Virus record (IMG/VR): IMGVR_UViG_3300045988_078288
DNA length: 64,000 nt
Source of the DNA: a virus
Direction: 5' to 3' (one strand)
How positions within the stretch are numbered: the stretch's first letter is position 1; each line of letters opens with the position of its first letter. The notes beneath the pieces were generated by a model. That model was not told the origin of the DNA. It saw only the letters and a list, made by a program, of their open reading frames with translations, and made no database searches. This document shows, one piece after another, positions 7,041 through 15,642 of the stretch. The position numbers were made by a program, and so were the translations under genes.

Positions 7041-7113
7041 CGCAACAGTTGAGGAAGCGATATGGGCAGGAGCATACATCGAGATAGATTTATGGTGCAA
7101 TAAAATAAAATGA
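6994..7113 (+). CDS. 39-aa ORF (below cutoff), ATGA-coupled to the next ORF
   Basis: MALKDEIQKWLREHPDATVEEAIWAGAYIEIDLWCNKIK. It overlaps the 3' end of 6144..7040, so it is uncertain. Confidence 0.3.
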   Translation: MALKDEIQKWLREHPDATVEEAIWAGAYIEIDLWCNKIK

Positions 7114-7238
7114 CAATGACAACAACCGGAATAATATTACTCGTAGCCTACGTCGCTTTTGTGGTAGGATCAATCGGCTACACAATCGGCTTCCTTCACG
7201 GAAACTCCGCAAAACATAGCGAATATAATGAACTTTAG
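7110..7238 (+). CDS. 42-aa single-TM peptide (below cutoff)
   Basis: MTMTTTGIILLVAYVAFVVGSIGYTIGFLHGNSAKHSEYNEL. Its ATG overlaps the TGA of the previous ORF. Confidence 0.35.
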   Translation: MTMTTTGIILLVAYVAFVVGSIGYTIGFLHGNSAKHSEYNEL

Positions 7239-7241
7239 CCT

Positions 7242-7379
7242 ATGGAAACAATGGATAAAGAAGTCTACGAAATCAAGAAAGACGGCATGACGCGAGCAGA
7301 ACGTAGAGCATACCAAAGAAATCTGAAGAAGTATGACAAAAGTAAAGATTGGAAAGACAGCCATCCCGCTGCCCATTGA
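7242..7379 (+). CDS. 45-aa basic ORF (below cutoff)
   Basis: METMDKEVYEIKKDGMTRAERRAYQRNLKKYDKSKDWKDSHPAAH. It overlaps 7333..7524 by 47 nt, so only one of the two may be real. Confidence 0.3.
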   Translation: METMDKEVYEIKKDGMTRAERRAYQRNLKKYDKSKDWKDSHPAAH

Positions 7380-7524
7380 TGACAAACCCGACATCATTCG
7401 TTATATCGTCAAATACAAGAAACACTGGTGGAGCAGATGGAAGTATGTCAAGGAACATGGCGTACCGAAGCTGTACACGAAAGAAGAGATAGAGAAACTA
7501 ATCCCTAAGTACACGGGAGCGTAA
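7333..7524 (+). CDS. hypothetical protein
   Basis: 63-aa track ORF. Confidence 0.4.
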   Translation: MTKVKIGKTAIPLPIDDKPDIIRYIVKYKKHWWSRWKYVKEHGVPKLYTKEEIEKLIPKYTGA

Positions 7525-7635
7525 TCAGGATTGCCAAGTTGCAACCTCCGTACAACGTAAATAACGGACACTGGCGTGGACGTGTGAGAAAAAGGAAAAT
7601 TCTACCACCACGCATTTAAACTAAAAACAACAGAT

Positions 7636-7851
7636 ATGGCAAACGAAAACAACAAACCTTATTTTCTTTTGGTGTTCGAGAGAGGTGACACCATGCCGAC
7701 TATTATGTCAGCGGAAACAATATCCGAGATATACCCAAACGCTTACGACAAAACAATGGATATTATAACCGTAAATGGCGATAATATGGGCTTCGAGAAC
7801 GTCGAGTCTTTCAAAATGGTTCCTGCCGAGGAAATTAACTTTAACATGTAA
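7636..7851 (+). CDS. hypothetical protein
   Basis: 71-aa ORF in a co-directional array. Confidence 0.55.
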   Translation: MANENNKPYFLLVFERGDTMPTIMSAETISEIYPNAYDKTMDIITVNGDNMGFENVESFKMVPAEEINFNM

Positions 7852-7862
7852 CAACAACAGAT

Positions 7863-8189
7863 ATGAAGAAAACAATCAAAGAATTTATTAACAGGCTGCG
7901 CGATGCGTGGTCTATAATAAGAGGGCACAATTATGTTTTTATTCGCTATGACGAGGACACAAGCGAACAAGAGATGTTCCGCATGATAAGTGCTGTCTTT
8001 GGCGCACATTGGCTTAGAAACGACGACAATGTGAATTATTTCTCCCGGGCAAATGTGTTGTTTGACTTACTGGATGACACAAACAGTGTCATGCTGCTCA
8101 CAAAGGAAGCTGACGGCAGGCTGACTTACTGCTACGACTGCAAGTCGGAAGAAGATTTCAACGACTTAATCAACATGGAGGTGAAGTAA
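7863..8189 (+). CDS. hypothetical protein
   Basis: 108-aa ORF, tightly packed. Confidence 0.6.
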   Translation: MKKTIKEFINRLRDAWSIIRGHNYVFIRYDEDTSEQEMFRMISAVFGAHWLRNDDNVNYFSRANVLFDLLDDTNSVMLLTKEADGRLTYCYDCKSEEDFNDLINMEVK

Positions 8190-8190
8190 T

Positions 8191-8355
8191 ATGGAAAGTG
8201 AGCTTTATTTTATCTACATGAATGGCAATAGCTACTTCAAAGTTGAAGATGGCGTTGTCTATTCGCAAGGCAAGAAGACCGACGTATCGCCCGACAAACT
8301 CTCCGACTTCCTTGCAATAGCGAAGGAGCTTGGATTTATAACTGGTAAGCTATGA
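8191..8355 (+). CDS. 54-aa ORF (below cutoff)
   Basis: MESELYFIYMNGNSYFKVEDGVVYSQGKKTDVSPDKLSDFLAIAKELGFITGKL. It fills the gap exactly and has an ATGA overlap with the 8352 start. Confidence 0.45.
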   Translation: MESELYFIYMNGNSYFKVEDGVVYSQGKKTDVSPDKLSDFLAIAKELGFITGKL

Positions 8356-8537
8356 AAGTCGTACTGACATTAGACAACGGAGAGAAATTTATCGCAGATA
8401 TTTATCCTCTCCAAGGCAAGAAACAACACAGACCACGTTTCCACGACGAGTACGAACGTTGGTTTGTAGAAGAGTTTAACAAGGCGCAGCCACGAGCTGC
8501 CCACAAGGTGGTGAAGGCGCACATACTAAGAAACTAA
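8352..8537 (+). CDS. hypothetical protein
   Basis: 61-aa ORF. Confidence 0.5.
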   Translation: MKVVLTLDNGEKFIADIYPLQGKKQHRPRFHDEYERWFVEEFNKAQPRAAHKVVKAHILRN

Positions 8538-8549
8538 TAATACAATAAT

Positions 8550-8888
8550 ATGACAGAAGAAAGATTTTACTGCGAACGCCCGAGATGTAGCGTTCACAAC
8601 AAAAAGACGAAGGCTCTTGCAAACAGCTTGGAGTTCTTCAAAAACGCCGAGTTTGGTTTCGGTGAGGACTTTACTCCCGAAATGTTTTTCGACCGCCTTA
8701 AAGAAGGCGTTGCAAGACTCAACTGCAAATACAAAGGCAGAGAGATTGAGGTCACGATGATGCGCTTCGGTGGTACAATATCGTACGACTTCAAGGACAA
8801 TCCTAACAGCGACGCCTGTCTTGGTGGCTTGACTCTTATGCCAATAGTAACAACTATTTACAACATAAACAAGTTTAAAGTCGAATAA
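8550..8888 (+). CDS. hypothetical protein
   Basis: 112-aa ORF. Confidence 0.6.
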   Translation: MTEERFYCERPRCSVHNKKTKALANSLEFFKNAEFGFGEDFTPEMFFDRLKEGVARLNCKYKGREIEVTMMRFGGTISYDFKDNPNSDACLGGLTLMPIVTTIYNINKFKVE

Positions 8889-9787
8889 TGATAGGAATAG
8901 TATTAACAATCATTAATACCGCCTTTTTTGCGGGAACATGGTACTTTCTCGGCAGAGGTTCGATATACGCAAAACTAATTAAGGAATTACGAGAGGCGTT
9001 AGAAGTCATAGGCGCGCAGGAAACTATGATACAGGCTTACAAAATGAAGTATAACACAGAGAAAACGGAGAAAATGGAAAACAAAATTAACATTGCGGAA
9101 ATACTCCGCGATATGCCAAAAGGCACAAAGCTATATTCGCCGCTGTTCGGCAAATGCGAGCTTGAAGAAGTTATTAACGACAAAGAGTATCAAATCTCTG
9201 TTTATATTGGAGGTGAACAGGCGTTTAGAACTTTTACAAAAGACGGTTGTTATTTTTCTAACATAGAGGGTAGTGGATGCGTCCTCTTTCCTTCTTCAAA
9301 GATGCGTTGCTGGAGCAAGTTCTTCAAGCGTGGCGATATTGTGTATAATCCACACAGCCAAATGTACGCTGTATTTGAGTGCTGGGCAAATGATGATTAC
9401 ACAGAGTTTAATACCACAATCAACTATTATGATGACCATACATTTGGAGAAGAAGAAGTCTGCACCACGAATTGCTTTGTAAAAGCTACCGACAAACAGA
9501 GAGTAGAGTTTATTGAAGCGGCAGAAAAGCACTATGGCGGCAAGTATAACCCCGAAACGCTGCAAGTAGAGCCTGTTAAGGTTGCTGAACCTAAGTGTTC
9601 GTTCAAGCCGTTCGACAAGGTGTTGGTGAGATATAACGAAGATAGCGTATGGCGTTGTGAATTCTTCTCTAACTACAATACATTCAATAAACGATACCCT
9701 TACGTCTGTTTATCAGGTGTCTACAAGTACTGCATCCATTACGATGGCAATCAACACCTTTTAGGTACGGATAAATCTCCCGAATAA
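8888..9787 (+). CDS. hypothetical protein with N-terminal TM helix
   Basis: 299 aa. N-terminal hydrophobic segment, a short coiled coil, and a Cys/Trp/Tyr-rich remainder. Confidence 0.7.
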   Translation: MIGIVLTIINTAFFAGTWYFLGRGSIYAKLIKELREALEVIGAQETMIQAYKMKYNTEKTEKMENKINIAEILRDMPKGTKLYSPLFGKCELEEVINDKEYQISVYIGGEQAFRTFTKDGCYFSNIEGSGCVLFPSSKMRCWSKFFKRGDIVYNPHSQMYAVFECWANDDYTEFNTTINYYDDHTFGEEEVCTTNCFVKATDKQRVEFIEAAEKHYGGKYNPETLQVEPVKVAEPKCSFKPFDKVLVRYNEDSVWRCEFFSNYNTFNKRYPYVCLSGVYKYCIHYDGNQHLLGTDKSPE

Positions 9788-9791
9788 CAGC

Positions 9792-10043
9792 ATGGCAAAA
9801 GACTTCTCGCTTGCAAATGTCAATTTCCGCGAGACAGGACATATCGCTTTCGAAGACGAGTATATCACATCGTATGTGTCAACGGACATCGTGCCAAAGA
9901 TATACATGAGCGTGAATACTCCTCGTGACGCAACAGGGCTTGTTTCAGGCAAGCCTAAGCGTTACTACCGCACACGATACAGTCACTGGGTAACGGAAAA
10001 GACATTTGCCAAGCAATATCAGAAAATAAGAGAAAAATTCTAA
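9792..10043 (+). CDS. hypothetical protein
   Basis: 83-aa ORF. Confidence 0.55.
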   Translation: MAKDFSLANVNFRETGHIAFEDEYITSYVSTDIVPKIYMSVNTPRDATGLVSGKPKRYYRTRYSHWVTEKTFAKQYQKIREKF

Positions 10044-10045
10044 GT

Positions 10046-10597
10046 ATGATAAATCTTTCTTTAAATGTGCACGACTTCCTCAATGCGGTTGAGGGTTTCG
10101 CAAGAGGTTCGCACCTCCGGCAGCACGTCTGGCAGGAGATTGTATATAAATCAATTCCACAGATGTCAGACGACGATATGGACTTTCTTTGGTTCTATAT
10201 GCGCCGCGACATCTTCGAATGCTACTTCTACGAGCTAAACGGTAAGAAGAACACGCATTTCGGCTATGAGGATTTTATGCACGCGCTCGCTGCTTTGCAC
10301 AGAGGAAACCGCTACATGGTGACATTTTACAACGAGATAGAGCACAAGCAGCTCCAAGCTCTCTGCTACCGCTTTGAAGGCGAATATCATCCGCTTTATC
10401 TTTACATCGGGGGCAAGGTAGTCGGCAAGACGAAGAAAAGCAGCGGCTTGCAATCGTTCAATGCGTCTGTTCCGAACGAGTGGATAAAGGCAGTTGCAAA
10501 GCACAAGATGCCCGAAAACGAACACGTAGAACTCGGCAGAGAAGAATGGTGGAATGACTTGGAAATTTACGACAACTTTAAAACAAAATTATTATGA
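10046..10597 (+). CDS. hypothetical protein
   Basis: 183-aa ORF. Confidence 0.65.
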   Translation: MINLSLNVHDFLNAVEGFARGSHLRQHVWQEIVYKSIPQMSDDDMDFLWFYMRRDIFECYFYELNGKKNTHFGYEDFMHALAALHRGNRYMVTFYNEIEHKQLQALCYRFEGEYHPLYLYIGGKVVGKTKKSSGLQSFNASVPNEWIKAVAKHKMPENEHVELGREEWWNDLEIYDNFKTKLL

Positions 10598-10935
10598 TTG
10601 ACGAAAAGAAAATACAAGAAGCAGCAGTCGGCAAGTTTAATGTAGGAGGCTTGGTGAATACTGTCGAACGAATTGCCTTTAAAGAAGGTGTTGAATGGTT
10701 TAAGAAAGCTCTTTGGCATAGCCAGGATGAAATTCCAGAAGATGGAAGGATAATTCTTGTAAAGGGATGGTATGATTGCAAAAGGTCAGGAGATTATATC
10801 ATAATTAATACTACCGAAGACATAAACTACAGTGATGTTGATCCTGATAGAAAGTTTCAATGGGAGTGCTTTTGTGAACGTGCTGTGACACCTATTACAT
10901 GGTGTTACATAGAGGACTTGCTGCCTAACAAATAA
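10594..10935 (+). CDS. hypothetical protein (possibly DUF551-like)
   Basis: 113 aa. The pattern W..QDEIPEDGRIILV...W.YIEDLLP resembles DUF551. This is a weak call. Confidence 0.6.
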   Translation: MIDEKKIQEAAVGKFNVGGLVNTVERIAFKEGVEWFKKALWHSQDEIPEDGRIILVKGWYDCKRSGDYIIINTTEDINYSDVDPDRKFQWECFCERAVTPITWCYIEDLLPNK

Positions 10936-10946
10936 ATATCAAGTAT

Positions 10947-11321
10947 ATGGAACAGAGATATATAGCCGGTGATTGGGTGAGATATATAGGAGTAGCCTCA
11001 CCAAGCGTCGTGCAAATTATAGAAGTGAGAGAGGAAAAACTTTTAATTGATCTCGGCGAATGTAACTGGTACCTTGCAGACCGCAGTGAAGTGGATTCTA
11101 TCCGTTTAACTGGCGAAATTCTCGAAAATAATGGGTGGGAAAAGAGTCGCATATACTTTACGAATAGACGTATTCCAAGAATCAAACTTTGCTCAGACGA
11201 ATCAGAATCCAAGTGGTCTGTTTTAATAAATGGCGACATTATGGGAGGTTATATCTATAATGTTCACGATTTACAGCATATCCTATTTGCCTTTCGGATT
11301 GAACAAGAAATAGAGGTGTAG
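10947..11321 (+). CDS. hypothetical protein, paralog of 11372..11827
   Basis: 124 aa. The C-terminal motif VHDLQHILFAFRIEQEIEV is shared with the next gene. Confidence 0.65.
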   Translation: MEQRYIAGDWVRYIGVASPSVVQIIEVREEKLLIDLGECNWYLADRSEVDSIRLTGEILENNGWEKSRIYFTNRRIPRIKLCSDESESKWSVLINGDIMGGYIYNVHDLQHILFAFRIEQEIEV

Positions 11322-11371
11322 GCATGAAAGATATAGACGAGATGTAGACAACTATGTAAAAACTACAGAAT

Positions 11372-11827
11372 ATGATTAAACCAGAAGACCTAAGAATAGG
11401 CGACCTTGTAATGGTCAGCAATGATAACTGCATGATACCCAAAGGAGCACTTTGCGAGGTTGTAGACATAGACTCCGAACGGGCATGTGAAGACAAGAAG
11501 GGGCTTGCGGGTCTGCTTCAAACTGTTAGAGAAGAATGGGAGTTCTCTCACGGTGTTTGGTGTAATAACATTGAAGGTATACCTCTTACGCCTAAACTCC
11601 TCGAAAAGAACGGGTTTAAGGAAGAGCAGCACCAAAAAGAAGGCACTTCGGAATGGTACGACTACTATCATTACGACCTCGGCATTAATATCGTGTACGA
11701 GGTCGAGGAGAAAGAAAGCAAGTTCGCCGTTTATCTTGACGGCAAAAAGTTACGAGAAATTAAATACATTCACGAACTCCAACATATCCTTTGGGCGTTG
11801 GGGTTGAACGCAGAACTAAAAGTATAA
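11372..11827 (+). CDS. hypothetical protein, paralog of 10947..11321
   Basis: 151 aa. C-terminal motif IHELQHILWALGLNAELKV. Confidence 0.65.
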   Translation: MIKPEDLRIGDLVMVSNDNCMIPKGALCEVVDIDSERACEDKKGLAGLLQTVREEWEFSHGVWCNNIEGIPLTPKLLEKNGFKEEQHQKEGTSEWYDYYHYDLGINIVYEVEEKESKFAVYLDGKKLREIKYIHELQHILWALGLNAELKV

Positions 11828-11834
11828 AAGAGAT

Positions 11835-12113
11835 ATGAAATTTGGTATTATTGATTTTATGACGGCATCGCTTCAGATAGCCTTCATCGTAATGAAACTC
11901 TGCGGAGCAATCAGTTGGTCGTGGTGGTTAGTTATGCTGCCCATTCTCTTGGTTGTAGTGTTTAACGTTCTCGTACTCCTTCTTTACGTTTGCATAGAGA
12001 AGTATAAGTCGCATCTACTCTTCAAGCAGTATGGCACCGACAATAAGTTGGCTATTCGCTTGAAAAAGATGCAGCAGGAAAGGGAGAATCTTATGAAGCA
12101 GAAGAATAAGTAA
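11835..12113 (+). CDS. small membrane protein (2 TM)
   Basis: 92 aa with two hydrophobic helices and a basic tail. Confidence 0.6.
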   Translation: MKFGIIDFMTASLQIAFIVMKLCGAISWSWWLVMLPILLVVVFNVLVLLLYVCIEKYKSHLLFKQYGTDNKLAIRLKKMQQERENLMKQKNK

Positions 12114-12138
12114 TAATGTCTTAACGAAAATATAGAGC

Positions 12139-13314
12139 ATGAAGAACGTAAAGATTTTTGCAAAGACTATCGAGGCGGAAGCAATGAAACAGATAGAAAA
12201 CTTGGCAACGAGCAAGGCTTACCGCGACTGCAAGATACGCATTATGCCTGACTGTCATGCGGGTAAGGGATGCACAATAGGTACGGTAATTCAGACCGCC
12301 GGCAAGGTGGTGCCCAACACCGTGGGCGTTGACATCGGTTGCGGTATGCTCGTGTGGGATTTAGGCTTTGCCAACATCGATATGGCGATTCTCGACCGCA
12401 TCATTAACGACAACATTCCAAGCGGATTCAATGTGCATGAGAAGCCTTTGTCGTCAGAGATGGTTGCCCTTATGCACCATGAAATACAAGAATTTCTTCC
12501 TTCGTGGGAGAAATACTTTGACCTTGACTATGTACTGCGTTCGCTCGGCACTCTTGGAGGTGGCAACCACTTTATTGAGGTGAACGTGGACGACGAAGGG
12601 TGCAAGTATCTCGTAGTACATTCGGGTAGCCGCAATCTGGGCGTAAAAATATGCCAACATTTTCAGCAGTTGGCATCAAGACAATGCGACAACAGTGAGG
12701 AACGTGGACGTATAATTTCTGAACTGAAAGCTCAGGGCAGACAGAGCGAGATAAACGATGCGCTGCGCCAGTTAAAACCCGTTTCTAAAGACATGGCCTA
12801 CATTAGCGGTCCCACGCTTGGCAATTACTATGATGCCATGCGCATGTGTCAGCATTATGCCGACTTGAACCGTTTCCTTATGGCGCAAACCATAATTAAA
12901 AGTCTTGAACTAAAGTCTACAGGTCGTGTATTCACCACCGTGCACAACTACATCGACACCTTCGGCATCATCCGCAAGGGAGCAGTGAGCGCAAAGCGTG
13001 GCGAGCCATTGATTATCCCTCTGAACATGCACGACGGTTCGCTTCTGTGTACAGGCAAGGGCAACGACGACTGGCTTCAGTCGGCTCCGCACGGTGCAGG
13101 TAGACTAATGTCGCGCTCGGCGGCCAAGAAGCAGCTCAGCATGAAGGAATACCGACTACAGATGCACGACATTTACTCCACATCGGTATGCGAGTCAACA
13201 ATCGACGAGTCGCCAATGGCGTACAAGCCTGCCGAAGAGATAGAATCGCTTATAGGCGACACGGTAGAGATAGTGAAGAGAATTAAGCCGATATATAACT
13301 TCAAGGCAAAATAA
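12139..13314 (+). CDS. rtcB: RtcB-family RNA ligase (3'-phosphate/5'-hydroxyl)
   Basis: 391 aa. Hallmark segments: IMPDCHAGKGCTIGTV, GGGNHFIEV, HSGSRNLG, APHGAGR. Confidence 0.85.
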   Translation: MKNVKIFAKTIEAEAMKQIENLATSKAYRDCKIRIMPDCHAGKGCTIGTVIQTAGKVVPNTVGVDIGCGMLVWDLGFANIDMAILDRIINDNIPSGFNVHEKPLSSEMVALMHHEIQEFLPSWEKYFDLDYVLRSLGTLGGGNHFIEVNVDDEGCKYLVVHSGSRNLGVKICQHFQQLASRQCDNSEERGRIISELKAQGRQSEINDALRQLKPVSKDMAYISGPTLGNYYDAMRMCQHYADLNRFLMAQTIIKSLELKSTGRVFTTVHNYIDTFGIIRKGAVSAKRGEPLIIPLNMHDGSLLCTGKGNDDWLQSAPHGAGRLMSRSAAKKQLSMKEYRLQMHDIYSTSVCESTIDESPMAYKPAEEIESLIGDTVEIVKRIKPIYNFKAK

Positions 13315-13341
13315 CATAAAAGCGTAGAGTATAACAAAAAT

Positions 13342-14049
13342 ATGAAACAGTACACTGGAACAAAGACAGTGAAGGCTATGCCTATGACAATGGGCGAAGC
13401 CTACGAGCGCAAGCTCTTGAAAGAGGGTGTAAGACCCTCTGAGTGTGAAACAGACAAGGCTGGCTATCTCGTAGAGTACGAGGAAGGCTATCAGTCGTGG
13501 TCGCCAGCAGATGTATTCGAGAAGGCTTACAAGCCGTCTGAAACGTTTGTCAACAGAATGCTTCTTGAACTCGAAGACCTTGAAAAACGCATGAATAAAT
13601 GCGATAACTTTCTTTCTTCGGATGAGTTCAGTGCTTTAGACGCACTTTCTCGTGCTTTGTTGACTGTGCAAAGAGGGGTGATGGGGCAATATTACTTTGT
13701 CTTGGCAGACAGATTTATAAAGGCAAATAAGATGAAAGCTAAGCTGTCCAATTTTACATTCGGCACGGCAGTACTTTATCTTAAAGCAGGTATGGCTGTC
13801 CGCAGAGCTGGTTGGAATGGCAAAGGCTTATTTGTTGTCAAGCAAGTGCCAGCCCATATTACAGCCGACATTATTCCTAACATGCAGTCACTTCCTCAGT
13901 CTGCCAAGGACATCATTATGGCACGTGCTGAGCCACACATCAGCTATACCAACCAGATGCTCATTGTACATCCAGACGGACGTGCCGACTCTTGGGTTCC
14001 GTCTTCGAGTGATGTATTTGCAGAGGACTGGGAGTTGGTAACTGAGTAG
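13342..14049 (+). CDS. multidomain protein with C-terminal DUF2829 (Tad2-like) domain
   Basis: 235 aa. The C-terminal segment FGTAVLYLKAGMAVRRAGWNGKGLFVV...DSWVPSSSDVFAEDWELV fits the DUF2829 signature. Confidence 0.7.
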   Translation: MKQYTGTKTVKAMPMTMGEAYERKLLKEGVRPSECETDKAGYLVEYEEGYQSWSPADVFEKAYKPSETFVNRMLLELEDLEKRMNKCDNFLSSDEFSALDALSRALLTVQRGVMGQYYFVLADRFIKANKMKAKLSNFTFGTAVLYLKAGMAVRRAGWNGKGLFVVKQVPAHITADIIPNMQSLPQSAKDIIMARAEPHISYTNQMLIVHPDGRADSWVPSSSDVFAEDWELVTE

Positions 14050-14072
14050 ATGACACTTATAAATAAACGAAA

Positions 14073-14273
14073 ATGAAAACATATAAATGGAAAATCACCG
14101 CTTTTGTGGTGTGGGTTGTCATAACGCTCATTGTTGTCAGCGTTGCGCTGAGAGGCGTAAGCAAGGCAGATACAGCAACAAATCTGATTAGCGTAGCAAT
14201 CCTTTTATTTTGGACGCTTTTGTCCTTTGCAACGAATTGTTTCACTTTTAAAAATAATAAAAACAATGAGTAA
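14073..14273 (+). CDS. small 2-TM membrane protein
   Basis: 66 aa. Overlaps the start of the SPFH lipoprotein gene. Confidence 0.5.
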   Translation: MKTYKWKITAFVVWVVITLIVVSVALRGVSKADTATNLISVAILLFWTLLSFATNCFTFKNNKNNE

Positions 14274-15069
14274 AATTAAATCAATGTGTATGTTTGTGCT
14301 GCCTATGACAGCATTGTGCTTAACCTCTTGTAGCGAGCGTATCGACGCTGGTTCTGAAGGCATTCTCGTCAACCTTTACGGTTCAGACAAGGGCGTTGAT
14401 GACGTAAGTCTCGTTACCGGTCGTGTGTGGTACAATCCATTTACAGAAGAGGTCTATGAGTACCCGACATTCGTACAGACAATCGACTATCCTGCTTTTA
14501 CCATCAACGCCAAGGATGGTTCTGAGTTTACCGTTGATCCGACGGTATCTCTCAAGATGATCGACGGCAATGCACCGAAAGTGTTCAAGAAGTACCGCAA
14601 GGAACTGAACGACATCATAAATGGTACATTATTCAACTATGTCAAAGATGCGTTCCGTATTCAGCTCAACAAGTACACTACCGATCAGATTGTCAGCAAC
14701 CGTGATATGGTAGAACGTGCTATTGAATCACAACTTAGTAAGGCACTTGCCAAAGAGCACTTCCAGCTTGAACAGCTTACGTCTGGTCTCAAATATCCAA
14801 ACTCCATCGTTGAAGCCGTCAATCAGAAGAACAAAGCTATTCAGGAGGCACAGCGAGCACTCAACGAAGTGGCTGTAAAGAAGGCTGAAGCAGAAAAGAT
14901 GCTTGTACAGGCACGTGCCGAACGAGAGGCTAATGAACTTAAATCCACAACACTTACTCCAGCAATTCTCAAAAAGATGTGGATTGAGAAGTGGGATGGA
15001 TCTGTTCCAACGGTTGTTACAGGAGGAAATACGTCAACATTTTTAGATTTAAGTAAAATTCAAAAATGA
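14266..15069 (+). CDS. SPFH/Band-7 (prohibitin-like) lipoprotein
   Basis: The internal ATG at 14266 gives a lipoprotein signal (MSKIKSMCMFVLPMTALCLTSC). It is followed by an SPFH-like core and an Ala/Glu/Lys coiled coil (AIQEAQRALNEVAVKKAEAEKMLVQARAEREANE). Confidence 0.7.
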   Translation: MSKIKSMCMFVLPMTALCLTSCSERIDAGSEGILVNLYGSDKGVDDVSLVTGRVWYNPFTEEVYEYPTFVQTIDYPAFTINAKDGSEFTVDPTVSLKMIDGNAPKVFKKYRKELNDIINGTLFNYVKDAFRIQLNKYTTDQIVSNRDMVERAIESQLSKALAKEHFQLEQLTSGLKYPNSIVEAVNQKNKAIQEAQRALNEVAVKKAEAEKMLVQARAEREANELKSTTLTPAILKKMWIEKWDGSVPTVVTGGNTSTFLDLSKIQK

Positions 15070-15073
15070 CACA

Positions 15074-15577
15074 ATGAAAAATAGAGTAGTTGAAATAAAT
15101 GATAATGTAGCGGCTATAGAAATTCGATATAAGAATACCACACTATTATGTTACATTAATAAAACTGATTTATCTAAGGTTGCTTCCATAAAAGGCACTT
15201 GGCATATTAACAGGCATAAAAGTGGTCATATTGATGGTGTAAAAACTAAAATCCAAATTGATAAAGTTAGAAAACAAATATGGTTGCATAACTTTATATT
15301 TAACAAATTGGATCCTAACAATGTTATCGACCATATTGATCACAATACTTTAAATAATGTCAGAACAAATCTTAGAGAAGTTAGTAGAGAACAAAATGCT
15401 CAAAATATTTCTACTACTCTAAAAAGTTCAACAACATATAGAAACGTTACCATGGAAGGAGAGAAGTATAGAGTAAGAATTGGAAGACATTCTTTTGGAA
15501 GGTACAATACCTTAGAAGAAGCCATTGATGTGGCAAAAAAGGAAAGAAAAAATATATTTCCTTTGTCTTCTGAATAA
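15074..15577 (+). CDS. HNH homing endonuclease with AP2-type DNA-binding domain
   Basis: 167 aa. HNH_3-like segment IDHIDHNTLNNVRTNLREVSREQNAQN. AP2-like segment YRNVTMEGEKYRVRIGRHSFGRYNTLEEAIDVA. The local sequence is AT-rich. Confidence 0.75.
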   Translation: MKNRVVEINDNVAAIEIRYKNTTLLCYINKTDLSKVASIKGTWHINRHKSGHIDGVKTKIQIDKVRKQIWLHNFIFNKLDPNNVIDHIDHNTLNNVRTNLREVSREQNAQNISTTLKSSTTYRNVTMEGEKYRVRIGRHSFGRYNTLEEAIDVAKKERKNIFPLSSE

Positions 15578-15642
15578 AACGGCAGAATTGCTTTATAATT
15601 CCCGTTTATGGAAACGTGCCGCAGATTATGATGACCAAGTAA

